Below are positions 35,997-45,023 of a DNA stretch of 64,000 bases, piece after piece. Both the position numbers and the translations under genes were made by a program. The stretch lies in the NCBI GenBank assembly GCA_965238175.1, contig CBDEGZ010000003.1, positions 672,001 through 736,000 of the forward strand, read 5' to 3'. The DNA comes from Gammaproteobacteria bacterium (lineage in GTDB: Bacteria > Pseudomonadota > Gammaproteobacteria > CAJXQU01). The notes below the pieces were generated by a model. It did not search any database, was not told the DNA's origin, and saw only the letters and a program-made list of their open reading frames with translations. The stretch's first letter is position 1. Each line of letters begins with the position of its first letter.

Positions 35997-36214
35997 AAGT
36001 TCATTAAAAAATCGGGGAGCTTTTGCTCCCCTTTTTCTTGCTCCTGATTAAGATTGTTATCTTCCAAATCATCCAACCATTCATTGATGGCAGAATTTAC
36101 CGAAAGCCTCGACCGAACACGTTGTCCGGTTTTTGACTTTGTGTGAGCACCGCCTTTACGTAGTAGAGGTGATTGGGCTACAGGATTCCTGATAGTTATA
36201 TTTCGTCTTGGCAT
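35966..36214 (-). CDS. Small basic protein, candidate ArfA/BrfA-like ribosome rescue factor
   Basis: SD AAGGAG; NPVAQSPLLRKGGAHTKSK; ORF reads through an intrinsic terminator. Function is inferred. Confidence 0.65.
   Translation of the reverse strand: MPRRNITIRNPVAQSPLLRKGGAHTKSKTGQRVRSRLSVNSAINEWLDDLEDNNLNQEQEKGEQKLPDFLMNFYRHGIAKST
36006..36036. terminator. Bidirectional intrinsic terminator inside the 82-aa ORF
   Basis: A6-TC-GGGGAGC-TTTT-GCTCCCC-T5. Confidence 0.85.
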
Positions 36215-36236
36215 AGTGTTGTCTCCTTATAGTCAG

Positions 36237-36378
36237 TACTCTAACCCGCAGGGCGCTACCGTAGTGCACCGAAACGACGTTGCAGTGCTTGAGAATAGAA
36301 CGCTATTCCCCGCGCACTGCGCCTTGATGCGAAACACCACGATAACGCTGAATACGTCAATATCAACTGGTTAGAGTA
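36237..36378. repeat. TA-flanked MITE supplying the stop codon of the 317-aa gene
   Basis: TACTCTAACC...GGTTAGAGTA terminal IR; internal GCAGTGC..GAATAGAACGCTATTC..GCACTGC hairpin. Confidence 0.75.
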
Positions 36379-37324
36379 CAAGTTTGTACCATGCAACTTG
36401 TTTCAAGCTGCGCTTTTTTCGAATGAAGAAACGATCTTCTTTAATAAAGTCTGGATCTTTATCCGTCATTTGAAAACAGAATTTTCTAGGCAGATCTGAA
36501 TAGATTGAACGCGGTGGTGCTCCACCATCAATCTGCTTTATTTTCTGTCCAGTTTCATGGGTATGATAATAAATATTTTTGATCCCAAGTTCAGTATAGA
36601 TGAAGTCTATTGCCGCTGTCAGCATAGCTTCTGACCATAGATCGTAAAATGGTTTCAGTACTTTTTCAGCATAGGTAATAAAGTCTTCAGGCTTGCATCT
36701 ACACCAATCAAGGTACCAAGGAGCCAGACCTTTCTTTATACCATGTAAACAATATTTTACTCTACGCACCCAATCACTTTGTATTTCTTCGATTAATGCT
36801 TCACCACTGTCCAGATCAAAATCGATGCGTGCCCAGGCGAGTGTATCGCGGTATAGATCACGTTTTTCTCTATTCATTACTGGATGTTCACAATAGTTAA
36901 AAACGTAGTCGTCTTCCGGCCTAACCAACTTGTGATATGAGCGGTTATGCTTTTCCGAAAAATTCAGTTGAAGAACCAAGTTACAGCCTTTGCGTGTGGT
37001 TTGATAATTCCAACGATTGCTATCACCAAATTTATCAACCGTTAATACAAAAACTTGGCTGTTTTCCTTCCAGGCATGCTCAAATAATTCCGATTTTAGT
37101 TTGCCGTTGCCTAGAGAAGCCAGCAATCTTTTTATATCTTGCTGATTCAATAGGTGTTGATATTGTGATCGTTTGATCGCACTGACACTTTCTTTTTCTT
37201 TAGTTGCGTAAGCAAGCAGGAAAAAAGCGTACTGCCCTTTGAAGTAGTGAAATAATGTTCGTTCTTCTGGGAAGCAGGCAATAACTTCATCTAAGATCTC
37301 TTTCTTCATAATCGTAAGTCTCAT
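36371..37324 (-). CDS. Uncharacterised 317-aa protein downstream of rtcB
   Basis: Long ORF with LVLQLNF, LAWARID, LIEEIQSDW, YSDLPRKFCF. Confidence 0.85.
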   Translation of the reverse strand: MRLTIMKKEILDEVIACFPEERTLFHYFKGQYAFFLLAYATKEKESVSAIKRSQYQHLLNQQDIKRLLASLGNGKLKSELFEHAWKENSQVFVLTVDKFGDSNRWNYQTTRKGCNLVLQLNFSEKHNRSYHKLVRPEDDYVFNYCEHPVMNREKRDLYRDTLAWARIDFDLDSGEALIEEIQSDWVRRVKYCLHGIKKGLAPWYLDWCRCKPEDFITYAEKVLKPFYDLWSEAMLTAAIDFIYTELGIKNIYYHTHETGQKIKQIDGGAPPRSIYSDLPRKFCFQMTDKDPDFIKEDRFFIRKKRSLKQVAWYKLVL

Positions 37325-37407
37325 TCAATTCTTGTAAAATAAATTTGTAGTTTTGTATTGTTAAGTCTTTATGAATAATCATATTTTTCTCCTATTTAAA
37401 AAAATAA

Positions 37408-38600
37408 TTAACCTTTAACGCATACGATTTGTTTTAACGTATGCACTATTTCTACTAGATCATTTTGATGTTCCATTACCTTGTCGATGTCTTTATAGGC
37501 CGCGGGAATTTCATCTATAATTCCTTTGTCTTTACGACATTCAACACCTTCTGTTTGTGTGATCACATCTTCTTCCACAAATTGACGTTTAGCTGCGCTA
37601 CGACTCATTTTTCGTCCAGCGCCATGCGAGCAAGAGTGGAATGATTGTGCATTTCCTTTTCCCCGAACAATAAACGATTTGGCTCCCATACTGCCGGAGA
37701 TAATCCCTAGTTCATCCAACCTAGCTTGGATAGCGCCTTTGCGTGTTAGAAAAACGCGCTCACCGAAATGGACTTCTTGAGAGACATAGTTGTGATGACA
37801 GTTGATCGCTTGTTTCGTAATACCAAACTTGGGTAATTTTTTACGTAATGTTTTGACGATCAAGTGCATCATTTCACGTCGGTTGGCCATTGCGTAATCC
37901 TGCGCCCATTCAACGGCTTGTACATAGTCATCAAAGTACTTTGAACCTTCCGTGAAATAGGCAAGGTCTTTATCTGGTAGATTTATATGATGTTGGCTCA
38001 TGTCTTTTTTTGCGAGAGCAATAAAATACTGGCCAATAACATTTCCTACACCGCGACTACCGGAATGCAACATGATCCAAACATCATCTTTTTCATCCAG
38101 ACACAGCTCGATAAAATGATTACCACCACCCAAAGTACCAATCTGTCGTATCCATGTTTGGTATGGTCTTTTCTGCATGGAATAGATTTTTTTATGCTTA
38201 CCGATAATTTGATCGAGCCCACCGCTCAGCGCACGAATAGTTGACTGACGCGCTCGATCAACTTTATGCATATTAAATCCTACCGGGATAGCTTCTTCGA
38301 TTGCCAGGCGAACCGCACGTAAATTATCCGGTAGATCTTTTGCCTTGATCGACAAACGTAAAGCATTCATGCCACAGCCGATATCCACACCGACAGCTGC
38401 AGGAATGATCGCTCCCTTAGTCGGAATGACCGAACCTACGGTTGCGCCTTTCCCCAAATGGACATCTGGCATTGCCGCAATATGACTATGGATAAAGGGC
38501 AATTGCGAAAGATTATAAAGCTGTTGCATTGTAGACGGCTCTACCTCGTCGGTGTAGATCTTGACGGGCACTTTACCTTTACTAATTGTTTTTTGAATAT
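37408..38600 (-). pseudogene. rtcB: RNA ligase RtcB, cut off from its start codon (39712) by IS30; internal GTG at 38571
   Basis: MPDVH, GVDIGCG, GTLGGGNHF, HSGSRG, HHNY, SHGAGR, DEIPAAYK, terminal VKG. Confidence 0.93.
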
Positions 38601-39705
38601 GGCGGTTTCAAGTTCCAAGTGCGCCATTAACGGCTTTCAAAAAGACCTCTTCCGGTGTTCGATAGTTGAGTGATTTACGAGGTCGTTGATTAATTAATGT
38701 AACGGCTTTTTTAATCTGCCTTTTTGTTACTTTACGGAAGTCCGTGCCTTTTGGAAAGTAACGTCGTAACAAGCCGTTGGTTTGCTCATTTGTACCACGC
38801 TCCCAAGGGGAGTATGGATGCGTAAAATAAACGGACATTTGTTTACTTTGTGCTATTTCATGATGCCGTACATTTTCACTACCATTGTCCAAAGTCAGTG
38901 TCTTACACAACGTCTCTGGAATGGATTTAAAACATTTCTTAGTGGCCATGGTAAACGTATCTGCACAGCCATCCATTAATTTCTCAGCAAGCAAAAAACG
39001 ACTCTTACGTTCGACATGCGTCGCTAATCCACCCCCGCCTTTGCATCCTTCAACCGTATCACCTTCCCAATCGCCCAGTCGGTTACGTCTGTCGACAACA
39101 GTAGGACGTTCTTCAATACAAACGCGGCCAGGGATATGGCTTCGCTTACCTGCTGGGCGCTGTCGTTTACGTTTGTTATGTTGAGAGCTCAAGCAAGTAT
39201 ATAACTCACCTCCATCAAACGCATCTCGATAGATCCACTGATAAATACATTCTGTACTGACGTACCTTTTAGTCGTTGTTCGTTTCAAATAACCGCTGAT
39301 GGCATCGGGCGACCAATGTTGATGCAATGTTGATGTAAGTGTTTCTGAACAAATTCGTAAAGAGATGCATTATCACGTTTTCGATAATGGCGAGCCTGTG
39401 TCTTACGAAGACAGGCTTGTCTATCAGCAAATTCGTTACAGTAAGATAAGTTTCGTAGGCGACCATTGCGTGTGACTTCTCGGGCAATGGTACTGTGGTG
39501 ACGATTGAGACGTCGTCCAATGTCTCGATAGCTTAATCCCCAGTGCAATAAATACATTAAGGTGTGACGTTCTTTTGCGCTAAAATGATGATAAGGCATG
39601 GCTTTTTCTCCAATAGAATAAGATCTCGACAATCTCATTCTAGCAAGACGGAAAGTCATGTCTTTTTAATCACGGCTAGTGGCGCGCTTTGGAGTTGAAA
39701 CCGCC
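38601..39705 (-). mobile_element. IS30-family element
   Basis: 26-bp imperfect IRs GGCGGTTTCAA...GCGCCA; flanks CTA/ATA on the minus strand. Confidence 0.92.
38608..39599 (-). pseudogene. IS30 transposase frameshifted by an 11-bp tandem duplication
   Basis: HTH (STIAREVTRN), WSP, GDWEGDT, TLDNGSE, PWERGTNE; CAATGTTGATG x2 at 39314-39335. Confidence 0.9.
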
Positions 39706-40137
39706 TAGGCATAACTGTTTACCTCGCTTTGTCCCTGCAGCAGATAAAATTTCAGTGCAGGCACACGTTTTCGTTCAATAGATTTCGCAATCGCAGAACG
39801 AAGATAGCCCTGTATTGCGTGTAGTTTATTTATTACCTGATCCTTGTTTACCACCTGATCTACATTGATCTGACGAATAGATACAAAAAGGAATTGACCT
39901 TCTTCATTTGACTTGACAGCAACGACTTCCAAGTTCTGCAGCATTGGATCATGAAGTCCTCCAGATAAAACGATAGACAATGTTTTTCTCGCCACAGTAC
40001 ATAGTTGTCGGCTTTTATGGCTACTGTTTTTTTATATCTGACGCTCTAGCTAGATAACGTGGATCAACACCGTCTTCAGGGCCGAATTCATCACATAATT
40101 TTTTGGCTCCTATGAGCCAGTTTTTTGATTGTTTCAT
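39705..40137 (-). pseudogene. RbfA-like paralogue with a 1-nt frameshift in an A7 run (40027-40033)
   Basis: SD GTAGGAG + ATG 40137 (MKQSKNW..EDGVDPR) joins SRQLCTVARKTL..DPML..GYLRSAIAKSIERKRVPALKF, matching the RbfA pattern GFLR..LA..L..R.VPEL.F. Confidence 0.75.
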
Positions 40138-40256
40138 TTAAACTCCTACCGAAAAAATGAACGGCCTTAAAAGCAAACGAAATAGCTTGCAGCCAAAAAT
40201 TTCAGCAAATATAAAAAGTATTAAGTAGGAGCCCGGTCCAGACGACCGGTAAAAAG

Positions 40257-40307
40257 TTACCGGAAGGTAAGAGACACGAGGCTCATGAGTGTTCGATTTA
40301 AAATCAT
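40257..40307 (-). CDS. Leader peptide MILNRTLMSLVSLTFR
   Basis: Perfect AGGAGG 6 nt upstream of ATG; lies between the promoter and the first gene. Confidence 0.65.
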   Translation of the reverse strand: MILNRTLMSLVSLTFR

Positions 40308-40360
40308 TCAGTTCCTCCTGTTGTTTGGCCTGTTAATTGGTAGTTAAAAGATGGAGCGGG

Positions 40361-40389
40361 AATCTACACCTTAATTGTTTTTCTGTCAA
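40361..40389 (-). promoter_or_regulatory. Sigma70 promoter of the rbfA-like/rtcB operon
   Basis: TTGACA-17 bp-TAGATT. Confidence 0.7.
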
Positions 40390-40732
40390 TACTTAATCGG
40401 CGATGGGTATGAAATCAATCTTATTTACTCATCGAAAGTTAAATCTTAAGAGTTCTAGATCAACTTATTTAGATATTGCACATAAAAATCATCCGATAAT
40501 TGATAAACTTATTAATAAGCATTAATTTCGAAAAAATATTGGTTTAAAGTCTTAAGTTTCCGAGTATGTTGTTTATCAAGATCTAAATACTCAGATCTCA
40601 AAAAAGCACACCATCTTAGGCTAGAGAGTTGGGAAACCAGAGTGAATATGAAAGGGATGAATCAAATCAATGCACCATTTCAGAGGTCGAGTCGACCTTT
40701 TTATATTAGAACTAATAGAAAATATGACAATA

Positions 40733-41176
40733 ATGAAGAATTCTGTAATATTATTTTTGCTAACTTTAGTAGCAGCCTGCGCAACAGGTTCCAAGTTTAT
40801 TGCATCTGAAGATCCAACGGATAGTACTGCTTTAGTTTATATTTACAGACCTTCAAACTTTACAAATGCACTAATAAATCCTGAAATCATAATAGATAAA
40901 AACAACTATGTGAAAATAACAAATGGCGGATATGTATTTACATATCTAGAGGAAGGCGAATATCAAGTGGGTGTGGATTTTGGTGATAAAAAAGGTGAGA
41001 AGGAAAAGTCATTTAAATTTGAAAATGGTAAAACTTATTTCATTAAAGTGACGACAGGAAGAAAAGCTTTAGCATATCCTTACACGCTTGTTTATTTTAA
41101 GCTGGATAACATGGATACGGTATTAGGACAAAGCGAAATAATAGAAACAAGACTGCTGAGTGAAATAAAGCATTAG
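40733..41176 (+). CDS. DUF2846-like lipoprotein
   Basis: Lipobox VAAC, ALVYIYRP, NGGY, GKTYFI. Confidence 0.75.
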   Translation: MKNSVILFLLTLVAACATGSKFIASEDPTDSTALVYIYRPSNFTNALINPEIIIDKNNYVKITNGGYVFTYLEEGEYQVGVDFGDKKGEKEKSFKFENGKTYFIKVTTGRKALAYPYTLVYFKLDNMDTVLGQSEIIETRLLSEIKH

Positions 41177-41409
41177 TTAAAAACACAGTAATGAGCAAGA
41201 GGTCAATTGCATTGATCATGTATCATAACAAAAATGAACAACAACTCTTGATTATTCTAGGGGAGTGATTTTCCTTTTATGATTCTGATAGTTATCGTCA
41301 GCTGAATTCTTTTGGACGTTTGAGGAAATGAATCTTGATCGATGAACATGTGCTTAGATCTGAATTCTAACTGCAAAGCTTTACTTAGCACTCCAAGATA
41401 TATCCATTT

Positions 41410-42460
41410 CAGTGTACCTGAATATCCGGTCGCTGATATTGTTAAAGAAGCTCTTGAAGGCTATGCGTCGGGTCGTTTTGATATGCAAGCAGAGGTCTTA
41501 CGTTTTTTAGAATCAAAGCCAGAATTTACGGGGAGTAAAAAAGGTAAGGTGACTCACAGCATGGTTAGTCTAATGCTAAGTTATTCTCTTTATGCTGGTT
41601 ATATAACGCATGAGCCGTGGGGTTTAAATTGGATAAAAGCGAAGCATGATCCTCTGATCTCTGTCGAGACTTATGAAAACATACAAAAACGTAAAGAAGG
41701 TGTCCGACAAGCGCCAGCGCGTAAGGATATAAATCAGGATTTTGTCCTTCGTGGGTTTGTGGAGTGTGGGGATTGTAATCAGGTCTTAACGTCTTGCTGG
41801 TCGAAAGGAAAACGTAAAAAATACCCTTACTATTTTTGTTTCACCAAAGGTTGTGAGAGCTATAAAAAATCGATCCCAAGAGCGAAAATAGAAGAGGGCT
41901 TTTCAGAAATCGTTCGTACGTTACAACCTACAAAAAAACTGTTCGATTTGGCAAAAGCGATGTTCAAATACGCATGGGAACAACGAGCACTACAAGCTGA
42001 GTCTTCGCAGGAAAAGATAGAGCAAGATATAGAATCAAACGGGAAACAAATTGAAGGTTTGTTGGACAGAATCATTGATACGAGCAATACAAGTGTGATC
42101 ACGGCTTACGAAAACAAGATTGAAAAATTGGAGAGCAATCAGCGTGTTTTGTACGAGAAACTACAAAAAAAGGCGACTCAAAGCGGAGCCATGGAAGAAT
42201 TTTTCGAACACGCTATGCAGTTTCTCGCAAACCCTTGGAAACTATGGGAAAAAGGTGACTTTATGATGAAGAAGGTAGTACTGAGATTGGCCTTTTCAGA
42301 GCGAATTGCTTATTGCCGTGAAAATGGGTTTCGAACACCTGAAACTGCTTTACCTTTCAAGGTGTTAGAGGGTTTTTCGGGGGTAACGAAAGGAATGGTG
42401 GGCCGTATAGGATTCGAACCTATGACAAATGGATTAAAAGTCCACTGCTCTACCAGCTGA
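41410..42460 (+). pseudogene. Large serine recombinase, N-terminal catalytic domain missing
   Basis: YAG..HDPLIS, LRGFVECGDC...YYFC zinc ribbon and coiled coil; reads into the tRNA 3' end. Confidence 0.85.
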
Positions 42461-42471
42461 GCTAACGGCCC
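42396..42471 (-). tRNA. tRNA-Lys(TTT)
   Basis: GGGCCGTTAGCTCAGCTGGTAGAGCAGTGGACTTTTAATCCA...GGTTCGAATCC..ACGGCCCACCA, 76 nt. Confidence 0.97.
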
Positions 42472-42615
42472 ATCTTTCGAGCCGAGGATATTACAGTAAT
42501 GTTTGTTTAAATTAAATACCGAAATCACAAGGAATTGAGATTCTTTTCGTTTAGACACTTGATTTTTCTCAATATGCGATTATGTTTGTGCGGCTGATAT
42601 TATTGAGAGTAGAAA

Positions 42616-42948
42616 ATGCCGATTTACGAGTATCAATGTGAAAAGTGTGGACATCAGTTGGAAAAGATCCAAAAGATGAGTGATGATCCACTAAAAACAT
42701 GTCCCGAATGTGATGAGTCCTCACTTCGAAAGTTGGTCTCTGCTGCAGCCTTTAAGTTGAAGGGGACAGGTTGGTATGAGACTGATTTTAAAGATAATTC
42801 TTCGAAAAAAGCTGACGCCAATACGAGTGGGAAGTCATCCGAGAAGGTGGTTGATAAGAAGGAATCTGCTACGAAAGCCGAATCAAAAAAGGAAGTGAAG
42901 AAAGATAAGAAATCGACTTCGAATTCGAAGCCTGTATCTGATAAGTGA
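42616..42948 (+). CDS. FmdB-family zinc-ribbon protein
   Basis: MPIYEYQC..C...CPEC...FKLKGTGWYETDF. Confidence 0.92.
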   Translation: MPIYEYQCEKCGHQLEKIQKMSDDPLKTCPECDESSLRKLVSAAAFKLKGTGWYETDFKDNSSKKADANTSGKSSEKVVDKKESATKAESKKEVKKDKKSTSNSKPVSDK

Positions 42949-43109
42949 TCAGTATTTGATTAGGTATAGCCCTATAAGGGCTTGAACGTAATACCTATAA
43001 TTGCACTGAGGCTCTTGCAGTCTTACCATTCTTTGTCTTTAATTACCCTTAAATTAATCATTATTTTAATTAACGTTTTATTAATTGTTCTATTTATTAC
43101 GAGGCCAAA

Positions 43110-44900
43110 ATGCGAACTCATTATTGCGGACATGTAACTGCGTCCGATCTGGATCAAACTGTTGAACTGTGTGGCTGGGTCCACCATCGTCGTGATCACG
43201 GCGGTGTAATTTTTATTGATCTACGTGATCGCGAAGGTCGAGTTCAGATCGTTATTGATCCAGATACGCCTGAAAGTTTCGCGTCCGCTGAGCAGGTCCG
43301 AAATGAATATGTTCTTAAAATTTCTGGCAAGGTGCGCCGTCGCCCAGAAGGTACGGTAAATTCAGAACTTCCTACGGGTGAAATTGAAGTCCTTTGTCAG
43401 AATATTGAGGTGCTTAATTCGTCGGAGACGCCTCCTATCCATGTGGATGATGATAATGTCAATGAAGATTCTCGGCTTAAATACCGATATATGGATCTGC
43501 GTCGTCCGGAGATGCAATCTAATTTGATCCTGCGTGCAAAAGTCAGCAAAGTAATGCGTGCTTATCTTGATGATAATGACTTCATGGAAATTGAAACGCC
43601 GATGCTGACTCGCGCAACGCCTGAAGGTGCACGAGATTACTTGGTGCCAAGTCGAACACATTCGGGAAAATTCTTTGCGTTGCCACAATCTCCTCAACTG
43701 TTTAAACAATTACTGATGATGTCGGGGATGGATCGTTATTATCAGATTGTGCGTTGCTTTCGCGATGAAGATTTACGTGCCGATCGACAACCAGAATTTA
43801 CTCAACTTGATATAGAAACATCGTTCATGGAAGAAGAGGAAATAATGAACGTAATGGAAAACATGGTGATTGCATTATTTGATCAGAGTATTGATACAAC
43901 ATTACCGCAGCCTATACCGAGAATGGAGTATGCAGAGGCGATAAAACGATTTGGTAGTGATCGTCCTGATTTACGAATTCCATTAGAACTGATCGATATT
44001 GCCGATGTTTTGCAGGATGTCGAATTCAAAGTTTTCTCAGGTCCTGCGAAGGATCCTGACGGCCGTGTTGCGGCGATGCGTGCACCGGGTGCAGCTGAAC
44101 TGTCGCGAAAAGTGATCGATGATTACACGGCTTATGTTGCAATATTTGGTGCTAAAGGGTTGGCCTATATCAAGGTCAATGATTTAGCAGCAGGTCGTGA
44201 TGGGTTACAATCACCAATCCTTAAATTTCTTCCTGATGATGCTTTGGAAGTTATTTTAACGAGAACCGGTGCCGAGTCTGGAGATTTGATCTTCTTTGGT
44301 GCTGATAAAGCGAAGATCGTCAATGAAGCTTTGGGTAACCTTCGTGTTCGTCTTGGTCAGGATCTTGATCTAGTGGAAGATGGCTGGCGACCTGTTTGGG
44401 TGACAGATTTCCCTATGTTTGAAAGAAATGATGATGAAAATCGTTGGGAATCATTACATCACCCATTTACTGCGCCAAAAGTGGGCTCCATTGAAAATCT
44501 AAAAAATGATCCAGGTGTTTGTTTGTCTAAAGCATATGATCTGGTGCTTAATGGAACGGAAGTCGGTGGTGGTTCGGTTCGTATACATACTACTGAAATG
44601 CAGCAAACTGTTTTTGAATTGCTAGGTATTGATGAGCAGGAAGCTGAAGACAAGTTTGGATTCCTGTTAAATGCATTGCAATATGGTTGTCCTCCGCATG
44701 GTGGTATGGCTTTTGGACTGGATCGTTTGGTAATGTTGATGTGTGGCGCACCTTCTATTCGTGATGTGATAGCGTTTCCTAAAACTCAAACAGCCGCATG
44801 TCCACTTACAGCTGCACCGACTGAGGCAGGTGAAAGACAGCTCAAAGAACTGGGTATTCGGTTGAGGAAGCCACCAGCAGAAGTTGCGGAAAAAAGTTGA
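43110..44900 (+). CDS. aspS: Aspartyl-tRNA synthetase
   Basis: [44 protein letters not shown]. Confidence 0.98.
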   Translation: MRTHYCGHVTASDLDQTVELCGWVHHRRDHGGVIFIDLRDREGRVQIVIDPDTPESFASAEQVRNEYVLKISGKVRRRPEGTVNSELPTGEIEVLCQNIEVLNSSETPPIHVDDDNVNEDSRLKYRYMDLRRPEMQSNLILRAKVSKVMRAYLDDNDFMEIETPMLTRATPEGARDYLVPSRTHSGKFFALPQSPQLFKQLLMMSGMDRYYQIVRCFRDEDLRADRQPEFTQLDIETSFMEEEEIMNVMENMVIALFDQSIDTTLPQPIPRMEYAEAIKRFGSDRPDLRIPLELIDIADVLQDVEFKVFSGPAKDPDGRVAAMRAPGAAELSRKVIDDYTAYVAIFGAKGLAYIKVNDLAAGRDGLQSPILKFLPDDALEVILTRTGAESGDLIFFGADKAKIVNEALGNLRVRLGQDLDLVEDGWRPVWVTDFPMFERNDDENRWESLHHPFTAPKVGSIENLKNDPGVCLSKAYDLVLNGTEVGGGSVRIHTTEMQQTVFELLGIDEQEAEDKFGFLLNALQYGCPPHGGMAFGLDRLVMLMCGAPSIRDVIAFPKTQTAACPLTAAPTEAGERQLKELGIRLRKPPAEVAEKS

Positions 44901-45023
44901 TCTAGGGTTAAATATCAAAGTTTAGGTTAGACAAAAAAACAGATGTCCTTAGGCACCTGCTTTTATGTGTGGCCGATTTATAGTGGATATCTATATAATG
45001 TCTGCTAAAGGAAGGATTTAGCA

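Noticed and set aside
40555-40665. Moco/Wco riboswitch-like words (TCCGAG...GGAAACC...GAAAGGGA)
   Set aside because: Lacks the conserved GCCTCCC strand and convincing stems; downstream gene is unrelated.
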